A stretch of DNA of 64,000 nucleotides, taken from the NCBI GenBank assembly GCA_043228905.1, contig JBHGNT010000004.1, positions 24,366,001-24,430,000 of the forward strand. The letters are read 5' to 3'. The stretch comes from Azolla caroliniana. Lineage: Eukaryota > Plantae > Polypodiophyta. The position numbers and the translations under genes are program-made. Shown here piece by piece: positions 51,798 through 64,000 of this stretch. Position 1 is the first letter of the stretch. Every line of letters starts with the position of its first letter. The notes below the pieces were generated by a model. The model made no database searches. It was not told the DNA's origin and saw nothing but the letters and a program-made list of their open reading frames with translations.

Positions 51798-53212
51798 CTT
51801 TTTTGCGAGAGATTTCGTCTATCTGGTTCGATCTCTTCTAGTCTTTTGATCGTAGGTAAGAAAAAAAAAAAGAAGTCGAAAATTGTTTGCCTTCTGGAGC
51901 TTTGGTTTCTTTGCTGTTGCAGGGGTTAAAATGTTTCCACAATTTGGCAGATCCTCTCCACATAGTCTCTTGTACATGAAATAAGTAGTCTTTATGGATT
52001 CGTTCTCGTGTATGCAACAGAAGTTTTGCATTATATATGAAACAAGGAAATCCTCTAAGGAGTTATGGGACAGTCATGCCTTTTTTTTACATCACTAAGA
52101 ATGGATTTCTACAATTGGATTTTTATAACCAAACAAGCAGGTTAATAGAAGCATTTATAATGACAATACAAGTTACTTTGGAGGTCAAATATGACCTATG
52201 AAACCAAAAATATAATGTTTTTATGTAATGTGAAAATGAGTAGCAATTCTCAATGTTCAAGAACTTTATTAATGAATGTAATGATTGGGAGTGCACATTG
52301 TGAATGTCTGAGGATTGGGTTCGGTCGAAAATGTGGAGGAAGCATAGTCGAATATAGTCAAAGGTAGAGCATTGTATCAAAGTGTGATACTCAAAATCCC
52401 GAACTTGTTTAGGACAAAATGTGCATAATGGAATAGTCTCATCGCTTGTGCTCGAATGTTCCATCCCTTATCGAAGCAAGCTTTTGGCTCTCAAATTTGT
52501 ATGCATGCAAAACTTTTCCAATGCTCTCACAAGTTTTTTTGCATCTTCTAAAGTATTTGTGAGAACCACATTATCTATATATAACAAAAGTATGATGACT
52601 ACATAGTCATTGACAACTTCTTTAGTGTCTTCTTCCTTTAGAAACTTGGCAACCTTTTGTTCTAATTTATCAATGCATAGACCAAGTAAAGTTGGTGAGA
52701 ATGGGGATCCTCGCTTAATACCAACAGTGCTATTGAAAAATCGGAATTTCTATTGTCCATATGCACATAAGGTACCATATCAAAAGTTTCGAGAAATTGC
52801 AAGCATGGAACTTTCTCATTGATTTGCAATCTTAAATTCATTTGGTACCACAAGTCTTTCCATGTGCCTCCAAAGCTTTCTTGAAGTCTAAGAAGCAACA
52901 ATTTAAACCCTTGCTTCTCAAGCGACTTATTTCTATTAACACTCAAAGAGTGATAAGGTGATTGATGGTGCTATGATGTTTCTAAAACCAGCTTGTTTGT
53001 AAGCCCTCTCACCATTTTTTTCAGCCCCATGAACTTATCTTTGATTCCATTACACATCTAGAATAGAATAGGTTTTTTATTGTCCACGAGGAGTCCGATT
53101 TTGACCTATTAGACCAAATAAACATTTTATCTTGTATGTGACTCCGTAAGAATGGGGTCTCTAGTGTAGTACATATGTGTGCATTATTTCCACATTGATT
53201 TTTTATTATAGC

Positions 53213-53292
<80 letters not shown>

Positions 53293-53552
53293 AAATTGGA
53301 ATATGTGTAATGATTTCATGTTTGATAATAGACATGGGGTGAAAGCCTATATAAAGAGGCTTAAAGGTATTCGCATGTGGAATTTTTGGATGTTAGAGCA
53401 TGTGGGGATCATTTCCTCAAATGCATATTCAGGTTTTTTAATAGCATTACAGAACGTCCCTCTCCCTACATAGGCATATGATATGTATAGGAGACTACGA
53501 AGTGTTGTAACTAAGTGGATTTTACATACAATTAATATAATTGTGTGCTTTT

Positions 53553-53611
<59 letters not shown>

Positions 53612-56503
53612 AATGTATACATTTTTATGAAAAAAAGGAAATTTCATTGAAGGTAATACATTTATGCATTTTTCTGTATTATATGAAATACATACCTCTT
53701 TTCGAAAAAAGAAGAATTTCATGGCAGGTAACAGATGCACTTAGAGAAGCAGGTCTTGAGACATCAAACTTGATTGTTGGCATTGACTTTACAAAGAGTA
53801 ATGAATGGACAGGTAGGTGTATTAAAACAATGGATAAAGTGGTTCCTTGATAGTCACTTTCTATTAAGAGATCTTAAGTTCAAACTTTAATGTGATGCTG
53901 AAGTCTGAAGTGAAAAAGATTGACATTAAAATCAGCATTTAAAAGTTAATGCTTCCTCATTTGTTGTCTTCTGCAACAGAATACAGAATTCTTATTAATA
54001 GCAAACATTTACATGTCGAATTTCACTACAATTTTTTATTTGAAGAATACTTGACAATAACTAGATCACAGGAATTATAATGATCTCACAATTTGTTATT
54101 ATAGGCTTCTTCTTGTGTACACTATATACTGGAGAGAAGTGTAGACTTTGCAGTGCAATAGGTTCCATCAGAATAACGGAGGATATCGAACCTATACCTA
54201 GAAAATCTGAATGCCACAAGCAATAATATTCATTTTTCACCGTAAAGAAATAAAAAGACTTACAAACTAAAGTTAAACCACTTCTCTTTCATCATTTATG
54301 AACGTGCTTTTAGGTGCATGTTCACAGCACAATAATGTCTATAAATAAGTGTGTATACACACATGTATGTATGCATATCTATCTCACTACTCACAAATGT
54401 GCACGTGTCTCTGTCTATATACATGGGTATATATATGTTGCGAGGCATGAGGGTCTCTGAGGGCTGCATGCTAGTGCAGTGCTTGAAAGAGGCTTAATTT
54501 TGACAAAAAGCATAACATCTTTCCAGTAAACATTAGTTTTGCAGAATGTGGAATGGGGGTGAGGAACAGAAGCATGTGACTATACAGTGAGACACGGTCT
54601 CTTAGGAGCAGAGTCCAAAGATGGCCACCCTGTGTGGTCAGGCTTTTTGAACAATCAAATGATGTTCAAACTAAATTCTAATGTCTCTGAATTCTTAAAT
54701 GCTTTTAACGTTGACAGATGAAAATTAGATTTTGGAATTTTCTTGGGATTTTGATCTTATCTAAATTCATATTTTTATAGATTCTTAAATGCAGGAAAAC
54801 ATTCTTTTAATGGACGAAGTCTTCACTCAATTAGCAGCACAACCTTGAATCCATACGAGCAGGCTATCGAAATACTCGGAAAGACCTTATCTAAATTTGA
54901 TGATGACAATCTGATTCCTTGCTTTGGTTTTGGAGATGGTTGGAATCAAAGTTCATGTATTATTGAATTGCTTAAATGCATGAAATGTTTTTCATTTTGT
55001 TTTTATATTGTTTGTACCAGCCACTACATCTGATAAGGCTGTATTCAGCTTTTATCCTAATGAAGCTCCTTGTAAAGGGTTTGAAGGTGTTTTGGCCCGA
55101 TATAAAGAAATAGTACCGCATATCCATCTTGCTGGTACGAAGAAAAAAAATGTATACCAGATGTTTTCCTGTTACCTTTTCTTAGTGGTTGTAAGATGTA
55201 GCGTTGAGCAAATTACGTAGGGCCAACTTCATTCGCACCAGTCATACAAGTTGCAATGAATGTTGTAGAACAAAGTGGAGGGCAATATCATGTTCTTCTA
55301 ATAATAGCAGATGGGCAGGTTAGGTGCTTATAAGATCTTATCAAACAAAATAGATTTTCGCATAATTTCTTCATATATCTTATTTATTTTCCAGGTTACT
55401 AGAAGTATAGACACTTCCCTAGGAAACCTGAGTTCTCAAGAGATAAAGACAATTGATGCAATTGTGCAGGCGAGGTAGTAGTAGTCCATGATGTAATCTC
55501 TTTTACATGGTTAGGAATCTTACACTGTTGTTTTATCCCTAGTGATTATCCATTATCAATTGTATTGGTTGGAGTTGGTGATGGTCCTTGGGATACGATG
55601 CAGCAATTTGATGATAATATACCAAGAAGGACGTTTGATAATTTTCAGGTAGTTTTCCTAAACTGCCTGTCTTTGTTTTTAATTCAAGTAAATTGCTGAC
55701 ATGCGGATTATTTATCAAACTGCAGTTTGTAAATTATACCAATATTATGTCAATGAAAATGGATTCCGCACAAAAAGAGGCTATGCTTGCACTTAGAGCA
55801 CTCATGGAAATACCCACACAATACAGGGCGACATTGGAGCTTGGACTTTTAAAGTAAAATGGAATTAAAAATGTTTTGCTATTTTTGATGACGATGGCAG
55901 GTTTTGCTTTTGATAAGTCATTTTATGCAAATGACAAAATATATTACAGTCGGACATTTGGAAAGCAACGTCGAGGAATCATAAAACCACCACCAGTTAA
56001 TATTCCACAATTTGACGGTGTTCCAGCATTAAATAATTTAAGGCCTGAAGAAGCTAAAGCTACTGAAACATCATCGGAAAGCCAAGTATGTAGGAATGAT
56101 AAGTGCTGATGATTTAATACTAGGTCTCACAATGATTTAGTGGCTACCATGCTCCTTACATAATGATATAGTAGTATATAGTGGCCACCGTGCTCCTTAC
56201 ATAATGATACAGTGGTCAATGTTTTTGTTTACATGTATGATTTAATGGTCACTATTTTTCCTTCGTTTGCATAAAATCTAGTGTTGCCCAATATGTGCTT
56301 CGGGGCCGAAGGATATGGCATTGGGGTGTGGCCACCAGGTAGTGCCATTTTCTTTTTAATTTTGAATTATAAAATTATTAAGATTTCCCATTTTCCAATT
56401 CCTTGTATTGCTTTTACAGATATGCCAACAATGTGCAGTCAATATCAGCAATTGTCCATTTTGCAGAACATTGATTACCACCAGGTTGCATCTTTATGTA
56501 TGA
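51548..56503 (+). CDS. RGLG: RGLG-family E3 ubiquitin ligase (N-myristoylation motif, copine/vWA, C-terminal RING), 11 exons, ~394 aa
   Basis: Exons 51548-51700, 53728-53812, 54795-54938, 55021-55134, 55221-55318, 55395-55474, 55543-55648, 55726-55853, 55950-56085, 56282-56338, 56420-56503; total 1185 nt. [56 protein letters not shown]; RING CPIC...GCGHQICQQC...CPFC. Confidence 0.93.
52160..53200 (-). mobile_element. LINE 3'-end remnant in RGLG intron 1
   Basis: Antisense broken ORFs with the CCHC knuckle LCTFC...FEYHTLIQC. The 3' motif is shared with the PPR-intron LINE. Boundaries approximate. Confidence 0.7.
53215..53602. repeat. Two (GA)n microsatellites in RGLG intron 1
   Basis: 53215-53290 and 53556-53602. 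Confidence 0.95.
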
Positions 56504-57230
56504 AGGATTTTATCAATTACCTCCAGGTTGCGTATTTATGTATAAAGGACTTTACAGTCTCCCAATCTGCTACATATTTACAACCTTGGTTGTCTACAAA
56601 TGTATGTAGCAAAACTGTCATATTGTAAACCTTCCTTTATATAGGCTCAAATAAAACCACTGAATGCAGCTTGAAATTATATCATTCTAAGCTATAATTG
56701 TCCATGTTATTCAATCTGCAACATCTTTATAATATTGTAGGCTCACATAAAACCATCGAATGTAACATGACATTATCCATGTTATGCTCACATCCAACAA
56801 TAAATTGTTTAAAGCTTTTAGTAACCTTGCAACGGTTGAAAACAATCCATTTTTATTGCAATGCATTCTCAAGTGGAATGCAATATAAATTATATAAGTT
56901 TCAGTGCACCTCCAAAAGTTGAAAATAATATCTATTTCTATCATTGGGCTCTACTATCAGGAATGCCATGCAGTTGGCTGATATATAGTTTGATTAGATA
57001 AGAAGGAACTTAGTCCTTTGAGACACCCATAAATAGTGCACTGCATTTATGATGCCTCTCCCTAGTGAAAGAATGTATGTAGCATTCCTCGATGAATGTA
57101 GATGACTCTGATGTAGTAAAAGGGCCATTTATTTCTTTGAAACAGAATTTGCAGAAAATGGATCAGTACAACCAAAATTCCATCAGATGGAACAATTTCT
57201 CCATTTTTGGATTCCAAATGTCTCAAATCA

Positions 57231-60200
57231 CTATAGAAAACTTTCCCTTAAAGCTTCAACAAAGCTGTCCTTAAGAAATCCATTTGATGCTGCAATACGT
57301 TGTGATCCAAGATCAAATGCTCCTCCAGAACTGTTGAAATAATTGAATATTACTGAAGTTATGACTGAACGATAATGTTGAAATAATTGCATATTACTGA
57401 AGTTATGACTGAATGCTAAGTAAGAGCAGACTTCTACACAGTTCCTAAAGAAATAGTGGTGTGACTTACGGACTGAAGACCTTCCCGCCTGCCTCTTGCA
57501 CAATAACCACTCCAGCAGCAACATCCCTATCCAAGAAACCAACATTAGGATATAGACATAACATGCTTCAAAGATATATGATCTGTCTCCAGAAGAATAC
57601 CATGGGCCCCCATAGCCAAGTTCGTAGAAAATGTCTAGCCTCCCACAGGCAACACCACATAAATTCAGTGCGCATGATCCCGTCATGCGAAGAGATCGAA
57701 TCTGTTGAACAAGGCCATATATATACAGTAGACAAGATGAAACCATGAGAGAGGTAAGAGTTAGTGTGACTGATTACAAATTTTAATAGCAAGGTGAGTG
57801 TATTGCATTGAGTATAACTAAAATCGGAAGATATGGAGACATGCACTCCTGTAATCTTCAAAATACTCTCTGAACAGAATTGCAACACTATTAAATTATG
57901 CGGCCCAAGACTGTTCCATTTTACTCACCAATTTATCTAGCATTATTCAATATCTACATATTCCACTGCTGAAACGTATGTACTGGTTGTAAAGTTACTC
58001 TGCTGGGATACTCGTGGCCTCTTGCCAAGCACTCATGGACCCACTAATCCATTTTTGTTCTGGAAAATTTCTGAGTTTGTGTATTACTTCATAGACACAT
58101 TGCCACTTTTTATACGCTTTCAAATATCTAAAAAAAACTGCAGCTCACCAACTCTCTATTTAAATCTTTCAATCTGTCATGGCCCTCTGATCGGAGTAAC
58201 AAACTAGTGATAAATAAGATTACTCATAAAGGAGTACCATGAATACTGAGGAGCTCCTTGTGTAGTTACTCTCCTGATACTTACTTATATATGAAACAAC
58301 AAGACAACAACAATGATCCAAGTACCAACAATCACATGGCAGACATTGAAGAACCGCATATTGATGTATCAGCCTCATCACTGATTGAAGAAACATTCAT
58401 GATATTTTCTTCAGCAGACCCCATACACAATGTGTCCAAGAATCCATTAGTTCATGCCTTCAGCCGATTCTAAACACATTTGTGTAATCTTAGTCAATTT
58501 TGGACAATTCATCAGACTTGTTCCCTTTGGAGCCATTTCACCAACAATCTGGTTATCGATGACTTTAGATGTCACTTTGAGATGGTAGTGAGTGTTAGTC
58601 AAGCAATTTACCTACCAATGCCACCTTTCCATAGTCACAAGCATATATTTGGACTAAAATGACCATTCCCGTTATGACAAAGGGTCAAGGAATGGTAGTC
58701 TATTCTTATACCCAGGTATCAGTTAAGGAATATTAAAAGGTAATAGTCAGAACAGAAGCTTGAAATTTTTATATCCGTTTTAAAAATCTCCCTTCAAACT
58801 AATCATGGATACTTTGTCTAGGCTATGGCTCTTCAAGACAAACCCCTTTATATGCAGTTCAGACTGCATTTCTGCCTCGTCTATAATTGTGGAAGATTGC
58901 AGTTTTCAAACTTCTGTGGATGATCTAGCCAGAAAATCTTTTGCTCCAACAATCTTACTTGAGGATGTTTGTAACCTTTCATCTAATTTGAGCGAATCGC
59001 AATTCCCACCTCTTTCATGGTGTCACCTGTTCTACCTCAGCATCACTGAACGAGCTAGGTAAGGATCTTGAACCCTCTTAAGCATGAATGCCTCATGTCT
59101 CCTGAGACACAGTAGTTCCAAACCCTAATGTTTTGACCTAGATATGATACACTTTACAGAGTTTTACTTATGGATTATGTCCGTTGATGAGTTTTGTCAC
59201 TTCCTAATCTCTATTATTTCAACGTCAGTACATGGTTTTTTTGTATAGAAAAAAGGTTGAATAAATCACTGCACTAAGGCATATGTTCAAGTCTTATGCC
59301 TATAATGTACCTTATAAAGAAGACCATTGATTCGGTTAGTAGTAGCATCCACTGTCACTTGGTCCCTTTTTGTACCTATTTCTGATGCAAGAAGAGCATT
59401 GCCCATGTTTTCTTGTAGAGATGCTGTTCTCTCAAATAGATCCATTTATCAGCAAAAAGATCTAAATAACAGTGTTAAACAGGAAAAAGGAAGCCAAATG
59501 AAAAAATGGAGGAACCTGATATTGCATTTCCATTCAAAAACGCTCCTTTCCCTTTCACTGCAGTAAAAAGCTGCAATAAGAAGCCAAACAATATTATGCT
59601 AACGATGTATATTTCAGATGGGGAGCAAAAAACCTTATTATTTCAGCAATGTATCCTTATTATTTCTCCAAGTTTATTATTAAGGTTTACTACCATGCTA
59701 CACTTGACCTGCAAAATTCTATAGCTTATCATGATGCATATGAACAAAGAAATAGCAAAAGTCTTGAAAGATAGATTTGTTTCTTTCATCCATATAAATG
59801 CAAGCAAATATCCTATCAGAACATGCAATACACCTTTTTCGGCAATAGTGCGTTATTATTCTGCGTTTATGCAGGTAAACTGCAAGCAGTTTGTGATATG
59901 AACAATCCTAAAAGCACATGCAACACAGCTTTGTCAATAAAGAGAATATCATCATGTAAAAGGATGAGCTAATCTCTTAGGCTTGGTAAGACCTAAACAC
60001 CAAAAATAACTCATGCATTTCAGTTCATTCAAATTACACATTGCATTCAACTAAATATCAGCTCCATCTCACTTAGTATAACCATAGAATGTTCAAATTA
60101 TCATATAATACCTCATTGATTATCGGGTTGTATACAACTCCAACCACTGGTTCTTTATCAATTGCTAATCCAATTGATACGCAAACAAATGGAAATCTAT

Positions 60201-62041
60201 CAAATATCGAAACACAATATCACATTAGACTCTCTCTCCTCGCCTTTTCATCTCATAATGGGTAACTGTATTAATTAATTACTATGTTGCACAAAAAAAT
60301 TAGAGACGTTGCACGCAGCTGCGCACTCTAGAATGGGAATCAACGACAATGCATTGACTAACTTGTGTACAAAATTGGTTGTTCCATCAAGAGGATCAAC
60401 AATCCAAGTTGGTGCATCTGTAAGTTCAAATGCCCCAGAGATCGCTGATGTTTCTTCTCCAATAAACTGCCATGGGTATCTAACATTCAAGCAACTATTG
60501 CTGCAGTACGAACAAGGAACCTCCGATGAAACCATTTACCTTATGATCAGGGAAATTGTTTGAAAGGTATTGGAAAACCAAACTCTCACAAGCCTTGTCA
60601 GTCTCAGTCACAAGATCAACCTGCATAATGATTCTGATTAAGGGCATTGGCAGTTTTTAAAAAAACTAAAAAAAGGTTATTCTTCTTGCAAGGAATTCAT
60701 CATCATGCACAAGAAAACACTGAAATTCTTGAACTAAATCTTCTGCAGGAGATTCTCATTATGTAGCTACTATAGTGTAAAGAACTTGTATCATACTACA
60801 GCCACCAGCTCATCTCTCCAGATTCAACCATTTCGATGGAGCTATAACAATGTACTAATATTATAAATTCTGTTCTAACATAAAACGTGGATTTTTTCTT
60901 ACCTTTCCTTTGTGCTCCACATTCTTTGCTCCATAAAAATTGTCTACAATAACCTGGACATGTGAGTGCAGACAACCATCATTTACAAAATTATCAAAAG
61001 GAAAGACCAAAGACAGGAAGAAGATGCCTATAAAATCAGAACTAGAAACAGAGTGCGGAGAATCAGTGTTTATAAGAAAAATAATTTGCAAAATGATATT
61101 GAAAAATGATAAAAAAGAATCCAATGGCAGTAACAAGACGCCTTGAAAACTTAGCCTACAAACATTGTGCAGAGAATCAGTGTTGATAAGAAAAATAATT
61201 TACAAAATGATAAAAAGATACGGCCAAAGGAAGGAAGAAAGCGCCTTTAAAACCTATTTTAGAAACAGAGTGCAGAGAGGTGATTTGTCTGGTGTCACCT
61301 AAACTCGAAACTCATTGAAGATCCAGAATTTACCAATAAAAAGATAAGGCCAAACGTAAGGAGATACGTATAACATAATGGAATGAAGAAAGTCAGCCTT
61401 TAAAATGTCAAAGGCAACTGCTGCAACTTAAATCTAGAAAATAATCACAATTTACAAGATCAAATAAGAAAGAGGACATGTTCTGCCATAGCTTCACCTA
61501 GAAACGGAGAGCAGAAAATCAGCATTACTTAACAAACATCGAAGAATAACGTTCAAAAGAAAGGAGAGATTTTCTGCAAAAGAAAACTTTAACCTGAGGA
61601 AACAATTAACCCCTACGGGAAAATACGAAGACAAAACATGCCGAAAGAAGGAACTTAGCTTTGTCTGCTACAACTTAAACGTAGAAACGCCGTAACAATA
61701 AATCAGCAATTACAAGAAAGATAGAAGACAGAAAAAAGAATACGATAGTTTGTCTATTTGCAATAAGTTCAGCCAAGAAACAGAATGAAAACAGAAGATC
61801 AAAGGTTTGCACATGTCAAAAGAAGAAGAAAGAGATGAGAAAGCGAAGAGTGTTGTTTGCTTACGTTTCCAGCAATCTTAGCAGCTTCGACTGCGACGGA
61901 GAGGAAGCGATCCATATCCATGTTAGCAGTTGAAAGAGAGGGAAAGAGATCCTTCTGCAGAGCCGGGAGTGGAGGAAGGAGGCGATGGCGATGGTGGAGC
62001 TTGGAAGGATATGGCACAACGAGGCAGAATATACTAGCCAT
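57231..62041 (-). CDS. VTC4: Inositol monophosphatase / L-galactose-1-phosphate phosphatase (VTC4-type), 10 exons
   Basis: Exons 62041 (or 61921)-61865, 60953-60903, 60620-60540, 60466-60363, 60196-60112, 59570-59516, 59423-59311, 57701-57601, 57526-57470, 57330-57231; total 924 nt (804 nt from the second ATG). Motifs [61 protein letters not shown]. Confidence 0.92.
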
Positions 62042-62219
62042 ATATACTGAGTAAAGAAATTATATGTATGTATGTATAATGTATGTATATGTATAAATGT
62101 ATATGTACGTATAAGTTTATGTATACAGTATTTATCTATATGATATATCTATAAGACTATATGTATATCATATATGTATATATATCAATTTTCTTTCCCA
62201 CATCATGACTCATCTCGGC

Positions 62220-63560
62220 CACATGTGGTAGAGAATTTCTTCTTCGATGGTAGATGGGAGTCCGGTCGCCAATCACCCGTGATGATGCCTCTTGTGCTTT
62301 TCGCCTACACAGTCACTTGATTGTTCTGTAGTATAGAATGTGTATAGGCTTCTCCGAGTGCTCATTGGTAACTTGCAGTTTCTGTGTTTTGCATGATGAC
62401 TTTGCCGAAGAACGGAGTCATGTAGGGAGCTTTTTGAATAGCTCCGAAAAGGTGTGTACGAAAAAAGGAGTACCTTTCTAGATTATTGGCATGGGTTCGA
62501 GCCGAACAAACGGTTCTGTATGGGATTGGAGTTCATAACAAAAAAATGGACAAGAATCCCTTGGTCATTAGAGCTCGACATTCATAACAGAAAGATTACA
62601 GTTCCATTTATTAGAACATCCCTAAGTTTTCGATTGAATGAAGGATGGAAGACCTTGGCTTCATACTTCTATTAGACCATCTTTTTTAGCAATTCTGAGT
62701 GAGTGATGAAGGCCTAACATCAATGAAGGAGTGTCGTAGAGGAGTAGTATTATTTCATCCCCTCCATGTAACATCCACCGCTACAAGCTAGATGCACTCA
62801 TTGATTCATTGGTTTAGACAACATAACGTTACCAAGATATGTATGGTTCATAGAAGGAATAGAGCATATCCTCGCTTCAAAGCCAATTAGCATAGGGTGG
62901 TTGGGTTATTACATGCTCCGATGGTCTTTCCTTGTCATGTTATCGTTGTTTGTGGCCCAAAGTGCTAACTTATCATTGATTTTTGTATCAGGCTTCTATT
63001 TCTCAACTTTGTTTTATATTATCATTATTTGTCACCTTCAATCAAACCCTATCCTTGCACAAATTCCTCTCATAGTCATAGTGTGCACTCTCGAATGTGA
63101 CATTCATTAGTAAAGTTCTTGAACATCAAAAGTTGCTACCCACTTTCACATGTATTATGTGAAAATGTTATATTTTGTCTCCTACATCATATTTGACCAC
63201 CGAAGACGATAATGATCTCTCTCTCATAGAGTTTGGTTTGCTATTAGTTTGATGGTCATTCTTGTTGATATTATTTGATGGGAAACAATTTAACACATAA
63301 ATATCATTCTAGAATTTAGGGTTTCTATTCATCAATATTTATATCCACAACATTTGTTAGTCGATTCTATTCGCCCTTTTAATTGTATGTGTAACATGTC
63401 CAATGGCCATGAAGTTGCATCCTTCTCTTTTGCTTTTGGCATGGATGACCATGCCTTGAGTGCACACATTCTAGCATATCGCCCATCCATAGGCATGTAA
63501 GTTATATGATATGCTTTTGAAAATCTTTTTTAATGATCCTCATCCATGTTAAATGGTTGT
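62220..63560. mobile_element. Possible degraded retroelement sequence next to the LTR
   Basis: Non-genic, coding-like composition with broken frames adjacent to an LTR. No diagnostic motif recognised with confidence. Confidence 0.2.
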
Positions 63561-63565
63561 CAATC

Positions 63566-63835
63566 TGTCGAGAACTGAACGCTCCCTATATGCAACGCTC
63601 GGCCACAACCAAGCTTAGATTCATGCACAGAAAATGGGAAATAAAGAACGACACAAAGGAGAGAAAAGGTACACAAGATGTTTACGTGGAAAACCCAAAC
63701 TAAGGGAAAAAACCACGGCAGCCCACAGGCTGCAAACTATCACTATGTTGGAATGTACAAACAGTGAGTTCACGGAGGCAATGACCTCGTGCTCACGATC
63801 TTCGCCACAGGCGGCGGTTACAACAGAGGCAACGA

Positions 63836-63872
<37 letters not shown>

Positions 63873-64000
63873 ACTGTTACGCGCTCTAATCTCGTGCAAA
63901 ACAAGAATGACAACGACAACTCTCACTAAAGGTTTGCCCCAAGTCATATTTATACTAATATGACTTTTCGGCTATTTACAAATACAGCCTTGATGGACTC
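63566..64000 (-). mobile_element. Copia-like LTR (reverse orientation), truncated by the window end
   Basis: Begins TGT on the plus strand (CA end on minus). Contains TTTACGTGGAAAACCC...GGGAAAAAACCACGG, a motif typical of plant Copia LTR U5 regions, then (CT)n and a minus-strand TATAAATA at ~63947-63954. No adjacent PBS, so this is a 3' LTR end or a solo LTR. Confidence 0.75.

Noticed and set aside
63621-63963. 108-aa and 109-aa ORFs at the right edge
   Set aside because: They lie inside the LTR and span a (CT)n repeat; no protein motif.

Overview
AT-rich, intron-containing eukaryotic nuclear DNA from a land plant. The gene set, microsatellite load and divergence from angiosperm orthologues hint at a non-seed plant such as a fern, but that is low-confidence inference. 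I reconstructed nine protein-coding genes by hand from GT-AG boundaries, and each spliced length is divisible by 3: a PRT1-like RING-RING-ZZ N-degron E3 ligase (-), a P-class PPR protein (+), an ER SIL1/Fes1-like Hsp70 nucleotide exchange factor (-), an unusual F-box/LRR/ankyrin protein (+), ferredoxin C1 (-), a class III peroxidase (-), a DOXC-class 2OG-Fe(II) dioxygenase (+), an RGLG copine-RING E3 ligase (+) and a VTC4-type inositol monophosphatase (-). Mobile DNA includes a ~3.6 kb non-autonomous element with ~280 bp terminal inverted repeats inside a (CATA)n satellite, a solo LTR with a 5-bp TSD, a Copia-like LTR running off the right edge, and several LINE remnants. No rRNA, tRNA, CRISPR array or prokaryotic system is visible. 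The best leads are the F-box-LRR-ANK architecture, the satellite-embedded TIR element, a probable 3'-UTR intron in SIL1, strand-biased (CATA)n arrays upstream of most genes, and the triple G-box promoter of the dioxygenase. Family assignments come from motif recognition, not database searches.
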